Positions 27,979 to 37,243 of a stretch of DNA of 64,000 bases are shown here, one piece after another. The position numbers and the translations under genes are program-made. The stretch comes from an uncultured Candidatus Peribacteria bacterium (GTDB lineage: Bacteria; Patescibacteriota; Gracilibacteria; Peribacterales; Peribacteraceae). Under the pieces are notes generated by a model. The model did not search any database. It was not told the DNA's origin and saw nothing but the letters and a program-made list of their open reading frames with translations. The stretch is from contig CAZSWJ010000001.1 in NCBI GenBank assembly GCA_964611095.1, forward strand, positions 31,735 to 95,734. Direction: 5' to 3'. Position 1 is the first letter of the stretch. Each line of letters opens with the position of its first letter.

Positions 27979-29829
27979 TTATCGGAAAGTGGCACAGGGG
28001 AGCACTGTACCAGTTTTTTTGACCGTTTGCTCCGACGTTTCCGGCCGCGGATCTTCCAGGATCCACAGCGTCCAGCGCTCGATTCTGGTGATGCTGATGA
28101 GGCGGGAGCGCTCCCATTTTGCCATGACGTGCGGGTAGGCAGCGATGCTGTTGTCGATCACCTTGGCACGCTCCAGGAGTCCTTTCACATCCGTCGGTGC
28201 CGGATCGCGCATGTGCAAGTGAGGATGGACGATGATGGCGTAGCGATGGGAACACAGGGCCGTCTTGCTGTAGGCCGGATACGCATCCTTGCTGTCGTAC
28301 GGGGCGAAGACGATGCGTTCATCGAGCAGGAAATCGAACGCGAACGAGTTCCAGAAATTTCCGTACACGGCTTCCACTTTTTCGTTCGTCAGATAACGCT
28401 CGAGCCCCGCGAGTTGCACCGTGTTGAAATCGGCGCCGCGGCCCCACACCAGGTAGGCATTGTGGATGTTTTGGTACGAGAGGAACGTGATGTAGAGGCT
28501 CAGCATCGCAATGCCGATCCACTTTTTCCTTCTGATGACCGCATAAAACGCGTACGCCAGCATGGCCATGGCGGGCAGCCACGAGATGATGAGCTGGCGC
28601 ACCTGGCCGTACGAGTTTTCATCGTTCAACGTGCCGAGGAGCGCGATGACGAACATCCAAAACGTCAGGATGCAGAATGCGGGCACGCGGTCTTCTGTCC
28701 GAAGCGGACGAAAAAGGACGAGTCTCACGCACGTCTCGCGATGTTTCCACAGGAAAAATCCGAGGCTGAAGACGATCCATGCCATCACCAGCACCCAAGA
28801 GAGCTTGAGGGCAAGAGGAAGCGGTCCGAATGTCTTGCTGAGCGGCACGGGGATGATGCCGAACAGGAGCGGGAAGACCGTCGAGAGAAGTCCCTTCACC
28901 GATGGCCACGTCGGCCACAGGAACAGCAGTCTCTGGTTCACGGAAATGCCGAAGAAAATTTTTGCAACGAGCTGCGGCGAATTTCCGAGGAGTGCGCCGA
29001 TGCCGAAGACGGCACCGTGCGTCAGCAGTTTTTTCTTGCGCACGCTCAGGAAAAAGAACAGCGCCGCGAGTGCCAGAGTTGCGACGCGCGACGCGGACTT
29101 CGCCTGCAGATGCCATGCCGGGAAATGTCCCGGGAACAAGCTGACCGCAAAACCGAGCAGCGCGATCAGAAGAAGTGCTTTGAGAAGGATGGGCCATCCG
29201 CGTTTCTGCATCGCGTGATGCCAGTCCTCGCTTCCGAGCAGCCACAAGCCCGCCATCACGGCCACGGAAAGCAGAAACGACGGGTGCGTCCACACGCCGA
29301 TTCCGAGCAGAAGCCCGCCGATGAGTGCCTGCAGCAGCTTCCTGTCTTCCGATGTCGGCCGCAGCATCCACACCGCGAAAACGCCGTACGTGCAGAGTGC
29401 GCGGACGGCGAAGTTCGCACTCGGTTGCACCGTGAAGTTCATGAGCAGCCACCCGGGAGCGGCGGCAAGAAGCAGCGTGATGACGGTCGTCCGACGCCCC
29501 CAATGCTTTTCGAGGATCCAGGCGAAGATTCCGAAGATCGGAATGAAGAGAAGTAGTGACGTCGCCCGAAGCGCCATGACGCTGCTGGTCCCGAAGATCC
29601 GAAGCAGCGGAGCTGAAAGAATCGTGATGAGCGACCCGCTGTACTGCTCGCCGTAGATGTAGACGGGCCACACCTTGCCGACCGCGATGTGCTTCGTCAT
29701 GAGCCCGAAGATGGCTTGGTCGCTCTCGAAGTTCAGGAGGGAGTAGGCGCCGATCCACAGCTGCGGCAGCATCGCCACAAGAATCAGGAAGCCGTACAGA
29801 AGCGCGGTGCGTTTGGTGGGGAGCGTCAT
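27979..29829 (-). CDS. Polytopic membrane glycosyltransferase, GT39/ArnT/PMT-like (GT-C)
   Basis: 616 aa with more than 10 predicted TM helices. N-terminal FESDQAIFGLMTKHI...YIYGEQYSGSL loop. Paralogous to 30958..32700. Confidence 0.6.
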   Translation of the reverse strand: MTLPTKRTALLYGFLILVAMLPQLWIGAYSLLNFESDQAIFGLMTKHIAVGKVWPVYIYGEQYSGSLITILSAPLLRIFGTSSVMALRATSLLLFIPIFGIFAWILEKHWGRRTTVITLLLAAAPGWLLMNFTVQPSANFAVRALCTYGVFAVWMLRPTSEDRKLLQALIGGLLLGIGVWTHPSFLLSVAVMAGLWLLGSEDWHHAMQKRGWPILLKALLLIALLGFAVSLFPGHFPAWHLQAKSASRVATLALAALFFFLSVRKKKLLTHGAVFGIGALLGNSPQLVAKIFFGISVNQRLLFLWPTWPSVKGLLSTVFPLLFGIIPVPLSKTFGPLPLALKLSWVLVMAWIVFSLGFFLWKHRETCVRLVLFRPLRTEDRVPAFCILTFWMFVIALLGTLNDENSYGQVRQLIISWLPAMAMLAYAFYAVIRRKKWIGIAMLSLYITFLSYQNIHNAYLVWGRGADFNTVQLAGLERYLTNEKVEAVYGNFWNSFAFDFLLDERIVFAPYDSKDAYPAYSKTALCSHRYAIIVHPHLHMRDPAPTDVKGLLERAKVIDNSIAAYPHVMAKWERSRLISITRIERWTLWILEDPRPETSEQTVKKTGTVLPCATFR

Positions 29830-30947
29830 GCCGTTGCGGCGGAAGTCATGTCATACGGTGCACGGACAAGGTCCCACGTCGTTCGTTCCAAGTACGGGCG
29901 TGCGTCGGTTCCGGGCATTCCTCGCTCCGCGATGGCCTGCGACAACGCGTCCACGTCGCCGAAGGGCACGACGCGGAGCAAGTCGCGAATATCGCTCACC
30001 ATCGCATGATCGGCCGCAATGACGGGTCTGCCCGCCGCGAGCACCTGGCGGATGGAGCCGCTGGTGCTGATGGCGCCCGGAGGCGCGCAGTACCACACGT
30101 TCACGTCGCATTTGGAAAGCTCGCTGATGACGGTCTCGAGCGGCAAGTGCGACGTATCGAGTTCGATCCAGTCGCATCGCTCCGCCCGTTCGATGACGCG
30201 TCTCGCGTAGTCACGCTGTTTGTCGATGTGCGCGGTGCTCGCGAAGATGTGCAGTTTCACATTCGGAATTTTTTCGCAGGCGTCGATGAGTTCCAGCACG
30301 CACTTGTGCGCCTTGAGGAATCCGAAGCATCCCACGTGCAGCCGTCCGTCGCGGACGGAGTGGAGTGTCGGAGCCACTGCGGAAAGCCTCGCTCCGTGGG
30401 GGACCACGGCCACGCGCTTCGCGCCCATCGCGACGAGTGCCTCTTGTGCCGCTTCGCAGTGCACCACGAGCAAATCCGCCGAGCGAGCCAAGAATTCCTG
30501 CGTGCCGCGGAATCGGAAAAAGGAACCCAGGTCGTAGTCGGGCAAATCCTTCGTCCAGACCTGCGGGCTCGTGCGGCAATGATCGTTCACTTTTCTCTCC
30601 CATACTTTCGGTTGCATCTTCCGCGCCATGAAGGCGCGCGCGTAACTGCGGACGGTGGGGAGTTCTACCACCGAGTGCATCGTGACGCACATGCGGATGT
30701 CGTGCTCGTCACAGTACCGACGGATTCTGCGCAGCTCGCCCAAGTCCATGATGCCGAATTCATGCTGCACGTGCAGGTGCGTCGGTCGCAAACCCCGCTC
30801 GTCCAATTCGTTGAGCGAACGCACCGTCTGCATGTTCTGTGCATGCGCCAGCATCTCGGTGTACGTGGCGATGCCGCACGCGCGGCCGAGGCTGCTGCAG
30901 TACTGAACGATCATCGAGGGCTTCTCGGAGGTCATCGGCGCGAGCAT
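29826..30947 (-). CDS. Glycosyltransferase family 1/4 (GT-B)
   Basis: 373 aa. GIATYT motif near the N-terminus. ATGA overlap with the downstream gene. Confidence 0.65.
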   Translation of the reverse strand: MLAPMTSEKPSMIVQYCSSLGRACGIATYTEMLAHAQNMQTVRSLNELDERGLRPTHLHVQHEFGIMDLGELRRIRRYCDEHDIRMCVTMHSVVELPTVRSYARAFMARKMQPKVWERKVNDHCRTSPQVWTKDLPDYDLGSFFRFRGTQEFLARSADLLVVHCEAAQEALVAMGAKRVAVVPHGARLSAVAPTLHSVRDGRLHVGCFGFLKAHKCVLELIDACEKIPNVKLHIFASTAHIDKQRDYARRVIERAERCDWIELDTSHLPLETVISELSKCDVNVWYCAPPGAISTSGSIRQVLAAGRPVIAADHAMVSDIRDLLRVVPFGDVDALSQAIAERGMPGTDARPYLERTTWDLVRAPYDMTSAATA

Positions 30948-30957
30948 AGCAGGCGTT

Positions 30958-32700
30958 TCAGTCCTTCACGATCCACACGTCCCATTGGCCGATTTGCTCC
31001 CGGGAGACCACGGTCTGTGTCCGCAGCCGCGGCAGGATCACCGACCACGAAAACCGGAGCTCTATTTCATCGGCCAGCGCCTGCGTGGAGGTGACGTTCT
31101 TGGGGATCCTCACGTACGCCGGTCCGAGGACGTAGGCATGGGTCGAGGCGGCATCGAGCTCGTCGTTGTAGGGCTTGTAGTACGCGTTGCCGCTGTAGGG
31201 CGTGAGGCGCAGCCGTTCTTGCGTCACGAAGTCGAGCACGAAGGCGTACCAAAATTCGGCGTAGCCGTGCGTCACGTTCTTGCGTTCCAGATACCGCGCC
31301 AACTCTTCCGTTTCGGCGACGGGGAATCGTTCGAAGTTCCAGGCGGCGTGCGTGTAGCGGAGATTGAAGTAGCCGAAGTGCACGAGCCACACCGCCAGTA
31401 CGGCGATGCACGCGATGCGCCACTTCTTCCACAGCGTCGCAAAGAGCAATCCCGTCATGATCGCGAAGGCCTGCCACGCCGGCGCCAGATATCGCACGAT
31501 TCCCTCGCCTGCAGCGGGAAGCGCAAGGATGGCGAGCCACGACATGGCAAAGAGCATCAGAAAGAGGAGTGGGTAGACGTCATTTTTTTCGAGTCGTTCC
31601 ATGCGCAGGACGCGCGCGATCTCTTGTCGATATCGATGACAACAGTGAATGATCGCGACGATGGCGATGCACGCGATGATGCCGCCCAGAACCATCTGCT
31701 TCACCGCCCCCTGTTCCACCAGAATCGGCCACGACCGAACGCCCAAGAATGCCTCGGGCACGTACTTCAATATTTCCTGCACGATGTACCAGTTCGGCAT
31801 CTGCGGATAGAACGCGGGGCTCGGGACCATGCCGAACATCGTCCAGCCGATCCACATCGGCAACGTGCCGAGTGCGATGCCGAGGACGAGTGCCGCGGTG
31901 CCGTACGACAGCGCTTTCTTTCTCGTGCTTACGGCGAAGCATGCGCCGGCGAACAGAGCGCCGGTCAGCACGATCCATCGCGCATTCCCCGTCCACAGCA
32001 GAAGCGGAGCCGTGAGCGCGAATGTGCAAAAGAGCGCGGTGCAAACGATGTCGATTCGTATCTTTTTCCCGAGCGCATGCCGCAACCTCCCCCATTCCTC
32101 CGAGCTCAAGAGCACGAGAGTGCCGAGTGCCGTCGGATACATGAGCGACAGAGGCTGCGTCCAAAGACTCAGCCCGATGAACAGGCCCATGAGGAGCAGG
32201 GTCCGCCACTGCCTTGCCGGGCTCTTTGGAAAATGTTGGTACAACAGGAGTACGCCCATCCAGAGCACCAGATACACGTGCCATCGGCAGCTGAATCGCG
32301 CAATGAATGCGTGGAAAGAAAAGCCCGGGAGAATCAGGAAGAGCAGGCTGAGGAGCGTCGCGTTTTTTCCGAAGACGCGTTCGCAGAACACGATGTGCAA
32401 AACGTAGAACGCGAGCATTCCCGCAAGAACCGAGAGCCGAATGGCGATGGCATTCACGCCGAAGATCGCCAGGAACGGCACCGCAAGAATCGATGGCAAG
32501 CTGCCGCCGTAGTTCACGCCGTAGAAGTAGATCGGGAAATCCGTGCCCTCCAGCATGTGCTTGGCCATGAGCGACGTGATTCCTTCATCGCCGTCGAAGT
32601 TCGCGGGCCACACCGACATCGTCCACGCGTGCAGTCCGACCGCGATTGCGAGCGGCAACACGTAGGGCAACCATCGGCGGATATTGGCGCGGTACAACAC
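30958..32700 (-). CDS. Polytopic membrane glycosyltransferase, GT39/ArnT/PMT-like (second paralog)
   Basis: GTG 32700 is 9 nt after the wzt stop. NFDGDEGITSLMAKHM...YFYGVNYGGSL loop parallels the paralog. The upstream part of the 800-aa ORF overlaps wzt and is Arg/His-rich junk. Confidence 0.6.
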   Translation of the reverse strand: MLYRANIRRWLPYVLPLAIAVGLHAWTMSVWPANFDGDEGITSLMAKHMLEGTDFPIYFYGVNYGGSLPSILAVPFLAIFGVNAIAIRLSVLAGMLAFYVLHIVFCERVFGKNATLLSLLFLILPGFSFHAFIARFSCRWHVYLVLWMGVLLLYQHFPKSPARQWRTLLLMGLFIGLSLWTQPLSLMYPTALGTLVLLSSEEWGRLRHALGKKIRIDIVCTALFCTFALTAPLLLWTGNARWIVLTGALFAGACFAVSTRKKALSYGTAALVLGIALGTLPMWIGWTMFGMVPSPAFYPQMPNWYIVQEILKYVPEAFLGVRSWPILVEQGAVKQMVLGGIIACIAIVAIIHCCHRYRQEIARVLRMERLEKNDVYPLLFLMLFAMSWLAILALPAAGEGIVRYLAPAWQAFAIMTGLLFATLWKKWRIACIAVLAVWLVHFGYFNLRYTHAAWNFERFPVAETEELARYLERKNVTHGYAEFWYAFVLDFVTQERLRLTPYSGNAYYKPYNDELDAASTHAYVLGPAYVRIPKNVTSTQALADEIELRFSWSVILPRLRTQTVVSREQIGQWDVWIVKD

Positions 32701-32708
32701 TGCCGTGA

Positions 32709-33518
32709 CTATACAGCAGCAGCCGCGGCCTTCGGTGTTTGCAGTGCCTCCATGTCGCGCACGTACTGCCCCACCACATCGTTCGTATCGCCGTACGCGG
32801 CCACGCTTCCCTCCTGCAGGTACAGGCAGTGCGTGCTGAGCCTGCGGATGTGGCCCATGCTGTGGCTCACGAAGAGCGCGGTCTGGCCTTGGCTCACGAG
32901 TGACGAAATTTTGGCGAGACACTTGGTGCAGAACGCGATGTCGCCCGCGGCAAGCGCTTCGTCGATGACGAGGATGTCTTTGCAGTCCAGGTGCGCGGCG
33001 ATGGAAAAAGCGAGACGCGCACGCATGCCCGACGAATAAAATTTCACCGGCATGTCGATGGCGTCGCGGATTTCGGAGAAGTCGATGATCTCCTCGGCTT
33101 TCTCCGCGATGCCTTTCGTCTGCATTCCGAGAAGCGAGCCGCTGAGCGCGATGTTCTCGCGGCCCGTCAGCTCCTGATGCATGCCGACGCCCATGCCGAG
33201 GTACGAGCCGATGGATCCCATGAGCCGCACCGAGCCGCTCGTGGGTGCGGTGAGCCTGGAGATGATCTTGAGCAGCGTGCTCTTCCCCGCGCCGTTCCTG
33301 CCGATGATGCCGAGCACTTCGCCCCTGCGCAGCGAGAAGTTCACGTCCTTGAGCGCCCAAAAATCACGACGCTCGGATTCTTTTGCGGGAGCGATGCCGA
33401 AGCGTCGCAAAAAAACGTTCTCCATGATTCCTTTGAGCGAGGCATGAGCTTCGCCGACGCCGCCCGTGCGGCTGTATTTTTTCGAGAGGCCGTCGACGGA
33501 GAGAACCAAGTCTTGCAT
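32709..33518 (-). CDS. Polysaccharide/teichoic-type ABC exporter ATP-binding protein (Wzt/TagH-like)
   Basis: 269 aa. Walker A GRNGAGKST, signature YSSGMRARLAF, Walker B ILVIDE. No C-terminal carbohydrate-binding extension. Confidence 0.85.
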   Translation of the reverse strand: MQDLVLSVDGLSKKYSRTGGVGEAHASLKGIMENVFLRRFGIAPAKESERRDFWALKDVNFSLRRGEVLGIIGRNGAGKSTLLKIISRLTAPTSGSVRLMGSIGSYLGMGVGMHQELTGRENIALSGSLLGMQTKGIAEKAEEIIDFSEIRDAIDMPVKFYSSGMRARLAFSIAAHLDCKDILVIDEALAAGDIAFCTKCLAKISSLVSQGQTALFVSHSMGHIRRLSTHCLYLQEGSVAAYGDTNDVVGQYVRDMEALQTPKAAAAAV

Positions 33519-34348
33519 CAGATGATGTCCAGCACTCTACCTTCCATGCGCCGGAAAAAAAGAAATCCCGTGACAAAAATCAGGAGCGAAAGTCCGCTTC
33601 CCAGAAGAAGTCCGTTCCACGGCAGCGGCAGCCCGGGCAGAAGCGCGGTTCGGAAGAGCTCCACGGCAGACGTGAGCGGATTCAGCCACAGTGCCGTCTG
33701 CAGCGTCGGCGACAGCGAACTGAGCGGATACACCACGGGCGTCAGAAACAAGCTCAGGCGCAAAAAATACGGCACGATGAGCCCCACGTCGCGGTAGAGC
33801 GCATGCAGAATGGAGAGCCACAGCGATACTCCCGCAGCAGCGATGAGCAGGAGCAAGCACACGAGCGGGAGCAGCAAGATGCGTTCGGTGATCGGCGTTC
33901 CCGTCGCGAGCAAGAGGAAGAGGAGCAAGACGAGAGAAATCCCGAGATCGATCATCTTCGCGAGAGCGTTTGCGATCGGGAGCAAGAAGCGCGGGAAGTA
34001 GATGCGCTTCACGATGTCCGCGTGCGCCACGAGCGTTTGCGTTCCGCTCTGGACCGTCACGGACATGTACGTCCAGGGCAGGAGCCCCGCGTAGGCGAAG
34101 AGCGCGTACGGTGCGCCCGCGATGACCTTGTCGAAGAAGTGCCCGAACACCACCGTGAACACGAGCATTTCGAGCATCGGCTGCAGCATGACCCACAGAA
34201 ATCCGATGAACGTCTGCTTGTAGCGGACGCGCACGTCTTTCCAGATGAAGAACGAAAAAAGACCACGGGCTTTCCACGCTTCGGCGACGGGCGGAATCCA
34301 CCACGTGTCCGTGGGTCCGATGACGAGTTCCTGGGTGCCCGGAGACAT
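33518..34348 (-). CDS. ABC-2 type exporter permease (Wzm/TagG-like)
   Basis: From ATG 34348. WKDVRVRYKQTFIGFLWVMLQP ABC-2 N-terminal motif and 6 TM helices. Its stop overlaps the wzt start (TGATG). Confidence 0.8.
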   Translation of the reverse strand: MSPGTQELVIGPTDTWWIPPVAEAWKARGLFSFFIWKDVRVRYKQTFIGFLWVMLQPMLEMLVFTVVFGHFFDKVIAGAPYALFAYAGLLPWTYMSVTVQSGTQTLVAHADIVKRIYFPRFLLPIANALAKMIDLGISLVLLLFLLLATGTPITERILLLPLVCLLLLIAAAGVSLWLSILHALYRDVGLIVPYFLRLSLFLTPVVYPLSSLSPTLQTALWLNPLTSAVELFRTALLPGLPLPWNGLLLGSGLSLLIFVTGFLFFRRMEGRVLDII

Positions 34349-34386
34349 GTGGAGAGCGTACAACCTGCGGGGCGAGTGTGAAATAG

Positions 34387-34414
34387 TTGTCAAAGTGCTC
34401 GGGAGCGATACGAT
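34387..34414 (+). promoter_or_regulatory. Sigma70-like promoter TTGTCA-N16-TACGAT
   Basis: The -10 ends 6 nt before GTG 34421, so the transcript may be leaderless. It lies in a 72-nt divergent region. Confidence 0.4.
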
Positions 34415-34420
34415 GGCGCC

Positions 34421-34762
34421 GTGAAGACCGGAGTGTTCGTCGGCCGATTCCAACCGTTCCACGACGGGCACAAGCGGTGCGTGGAGCACATTCTGGAGAA
34501 CAACGATCGCTGCCTCATCCTGCTCCGCGACACCGAGATTTCGGAGAAAAATCCGTTCGACGTGGAGAAGCGCAAGGCTCTCATCCGCGCGCAATTTCCG
34601 GATTCGTCCCGCATCGACATTCAAACCGTCAAAGACGAAGGCGCAGATCTCACCGTCTACATCGGCCGCGACGTCGGGTACAAGCTCATTCAGCTCGATG
34701 CCGCGACCGAGGCCATTTCGGCCACGGACATTCGCAAAAAGCTCTACGCGCAGAAAGCATGA
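34421..34762 (+). CDS. Minimal HxGH nucleotidyltransferase (cytidylyltransferase superfamily)
   Basis: 113 aa. GRFQPFHDGH (HxGH motif) and ISATDIRKKL (ISxTxxR motif). ATGA overlap with cysC. Confidence 0.7.
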   Translation: MKTGVFVGRFQPFHDGHKRCVEHILENNDRCLILLRDTEISEKNPFDVEKRKALIRAQFPDSSRIDIQTVKDEGADLTVYIGRDVGYKLIQLDAATEAISATDIRKKLYAQKA

Positions 34763-35292
34763 CGCGCCGATTTCCCATCGTCTGGCTCACGGGCAACACC
34801 GGTGCGGGCAAAACCACGCTCGCCACGGGTCTTGAGTCGTACGTGAACGAAGAGTTGTCCCCTTCCGAAGCGCACGCTCGCCGCCTCGTCGTGCTCGACG
34901 GCGACGACATGCGCGCCAGCATTTCCACGGACGCAACGCTCACGCCCGACGATCGCAGGAAACACAACTTGCGCGTCGCTCGTCTCGCCAAGCATTTTCA
35001 AACGCGCGGATTCCTCGTCGTCGTGGCGGTCATCGCTCCGTTCGTCGCGGTCCGCGAGGAAATCGACAAAATTTGCGCACCGCTCTGGATTCACGTGAAA
35101 CGGTCGGGCCTCGGCGGACCGGATAAGCCCTATGAAGCCCCGCTCTCCCCCGCCCACGTCATCGACCACGACACGCTCGGCATCGAAGAAGCGCAGCAGT
35201 CGCTCCGATCATTCCTGCGCGGAGCCCTGACCGCCGCGACCTTCAAGCCCAAAGTCACTCGCGCCCACACTCGCCCTACGGCTACTATTTAA
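34759..35292 (+). CDS. cysC: Adenylylsulfate (APS) kinase
   Basis: From ATG 34759. P-loop LTGNTGAGKTT and LDGDDMR motif. Size is typical of CysC. Confidence 0.8.
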   Translation: MTRRFPIVWLTGNTGAGKTTLATGLESYVNEELSPSEAHARRLVVLDGDDMRASISTDATLTPDDRRKHNLRVARLAKHFQTRGFLVVVAVIAPFVAVREEIDKICAPLWIHVKRSGLGGPDKPYEAPLSPAHVIDHDTLGIEEAQQSLRSFLRGALTAATFKPKVTRAHTRPTATI

Positions 35293-35296
35293 ACAC

Positions 35297-35382
35297 GCCG
35301 GGGTGGCGAAATGGCAGACGCATCAGCCTTAGGAGCTGACGGGAGCAATCCCATGGAGGTTCAAGTCCTCTCCCCGGCACCA
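35297..35382 (+). tRNA. tRNA-Leu (anticodon TAG), CCA encoded
   Basis: Cloverleaf read by eye: acceptor GCCGGGG/CCCCGGC, anticodon arm TCAGC-CTTAGGA-GCTGA, long variable arm, TTCAAGT T-loop. Confidence 0.85.
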
Positions 35383-35616
35383 TCAGACTTTCATCCACGT
35401 CAGTTCGCCCAAGCCGCCGTCTTCGCCGACGGGAAGCGCGATGCCGTACATGCCGCCCTTGTCGATGATCATGAATCCGTACGTGCGTTCGTCGTGCATG
35501 AAGCACTCGTCGAACAGAATCTCCGGTTCTTCGGCGCCACGGATGTGTTCCAGCGCGTACCGCAGGATCGGCTCCTTGTACTTTTCGGCCATTGCTTTGG
35601 GTGAGAGGAGTTCCAT
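35383..35616 (-). CDS. Small acidic protein (77 aa), last gene of the calpain-like operon
   Basis: ATG 35616 is 7 nt after the upstream stop. Begins MELLSPKAMAEKYKEPILRY. No recognised family. Confidence 0.5.
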   Translation of the reverse strand: MELLSPKAMAEKYKEPILRYALEHIRGAEEPEILFDECFMHDERTYGFMIIDKGGMYGIALPVGEDGGLGELTWMKV

Positions 35617-35623
35617 ACGTGAG

Positions 35624-37243
35624 TTAGGTGAACATTTTTTTGTAATCGATGGTGGCGACGTCGATGCCGACGAATCCGCGAAGCAATTGGTCATACGTGA
35701 GCTTGATCGGTGCCCCGCTGTTGTGCGGATTGATCACGGTGACGGTTCTGGCCTGCGCATTCACGTTCGTGAGTGAATAGGCGTGATTGTGATAGAACGA
35801 ATGACCGTCGATATCGTACTGCGTCGTGTCGTCTTTCGGACCGCGAAGACTGCTCAAGTGCACGAGGTGCTTGCCGTTCGAGAATCGATTCAACATCGCT
35901 TCGACTTTGCCTCGATGCACCTCGAGGTTATACGTGCCCTTCATCACGTCGCCGTTTTGATTGTTCTTGCTGCGGTTCTGCTCGGGATTCGCCCGCGTAC
36001 CCCACAAACCTTCCGTTCCATGGCCTCCCATCATTTCGGCGAGTGCGATCTCGGACCGTCCTCCGGAAGTCTTCTCCCGGTTCATGCCGCCGGTCCTCAT
36101 TTTCGTGAACGCGGCCTCCAGGAGCTTCCAGCCTTCCGCGGCATTCACGGGTTGGAGCTTCTCTCCCTTCGCGGTGGTTTGAAGCTCATTCATTTCCTGC
36201 TTCGTCACGACGATCTCCCGTCCATTTTTCATGCCGAGAGGGATGCGTACCGCGTAGGAGTCGCCGTTCTTCTTGATCGATGTGCGGAGGATCGCATCGG
36301 CGTGATCGAAACGTTGGAGCGAGACGAACGTGGCGATGAGGTAGCAGTTGCCCACGTTGGCCTGCCTGATGTCGTTGCCGAACAGCTCCGCGTATTCGTC
36401 CTCGCTGAGCGTCGCATGTTTTTCCAAGTACTCGGCTTTGCGCCTGCCGAAGTCCGCACCGATATCTTTGGGCGTCGTGATCTGGTCGAACTTCTTCTGG
36501 CCCGTTTTTTCGATTTCTTCGGTCGTCCAAATTTTGGGCATTCCTTTCTCATCGAGGGGCACGTCTTTTACGGCGATCTCCCAGCCCTCATCAATGTTTG
36601 TGATGACGTACGACGCACCCTTTTTCATGACGATGCCCTTCTCCAGAGCGTCGCCACGCCGAACGTAGACCTCACGGCCCTCCTCCTGCACCGTCCTCAT
36701 GCGGTTGTCATACCGCAACTGTCGGTCCTGCTCGGTTTCGGTACCCATCACTTCCTGCATGTTCATGCGCACCGCCTCGTAGCTCACATCGGCGTTGCCG
36801 AGCGCGCGCGCCAGGTTGCCGCGAAGCTTCTCCGATTGCTTCGCCAGGTCGAGGACGTCCGCTCCGTTCTTGTTCAGTGCTTCGCGGAGCAGCGTGATCT
36901 GCGGAGCGAATGTCGCCTTCACGTTGCGCACGTCATTCAGAGCATCTTTTTCACGAGCAAGCGTTTGTCGAAGCGCCTCGCGGTGCGATCGGTTGAACGG
37001 GTTCCAGGACGAAAGATTGTCGAGGTCTTTCTGCGTGTCGGCGATGTGTTTCACGTACAACTCTTCCTTGCGTTTGAGCATCGCATCCAGGTCATCCAAG
37101 CTCTGTACGACGCTTTCCTTCAATTTGCCGAATTTCGCCTCGATTCCGTCAAGTAAGCCCGGCTTGCTTTTGTCGGGAGCGGATTCTTTCGTCGGCCCCG
37201 AGGGGGCGTCCGGTCTTTTTTCAGCCTCATTTTTTTTTGGCAT
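35624..37243 (-). CDS. Calpain-like (papain-fold) cysteine protease domain protein
   Basis: From ATG 37243. Ordered triad motifs NVGNCYLIA (Cys codon 36344-36346), HNHAYSL (His about 35783-35785) and VINPHN (Asn about 35729-35731). N-terminal coiled coil, no signal peptide. Confidence 0.65.
   Translation of the reverse strand: MPKKNEAEKRPDAPSGPTKESAPDKSKPGLLDGIEAKFGKLKESVVQSLDDLDAMLKRKEELYVKHIADTQKDLDNLSSWNPFNRSHREALRQTLAREKDALNDVRNVKATFAPQITLLREALNKNGADVLDLAKQSEKLRGNLARALGNADVSYEAVRMNMQEVMGTETEQDRQLRYDNRMRTVQEEGREVYVRRGDALEKGIVMKKGASYVITNIDEGWEIAVKDVPLDEKGMPKIWTTEEIEKTGQKKFDQITTPKDIGADFGRRKAEYLEKHATLSEDEYAELFGNDIRQANVGNCYLIATFVSLQRFDHADAILRTSIKKNGDSYAVRIPLGMKNGREIVVTKQEMNELQTTAKGEKLQPVNAAEGWKLLEAAFTKMRTGGMNREKTSGGRSEIALAEMMGGHGTEGLWGTRANPEQNRSKNNQNGDVMKGTYNLEVHRGKVEAMLNRFSNGKHLVHLSSLRGPKDDTTQYDIDGHSFYHNHAYSLTNVNAQARTVTVINPHNSGAPIKLTYDQLLRGFVGIDVATIDYKKMFT

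Noticed and set aside
25435-29556. 1373-aa plus-strand ORF across the methyltransferase/GT39 genes, and the 684-aa ORF at 30985..33039
   Set aside because: They are antisense to genes with clear FkbM, ABC and polytopic-membrane signatures. Their composition is dominated by R, H, D and E with no domain motifs.
30958-33360. Full 800-aa reading of the second GT39-like ORF
   Set aside because: The N-terminal 220 aa overlap the wzt gene in another frame and are Arg/His-rich. GTG 32700, just after the wzt stop, gives a protein collinear with the paralog.
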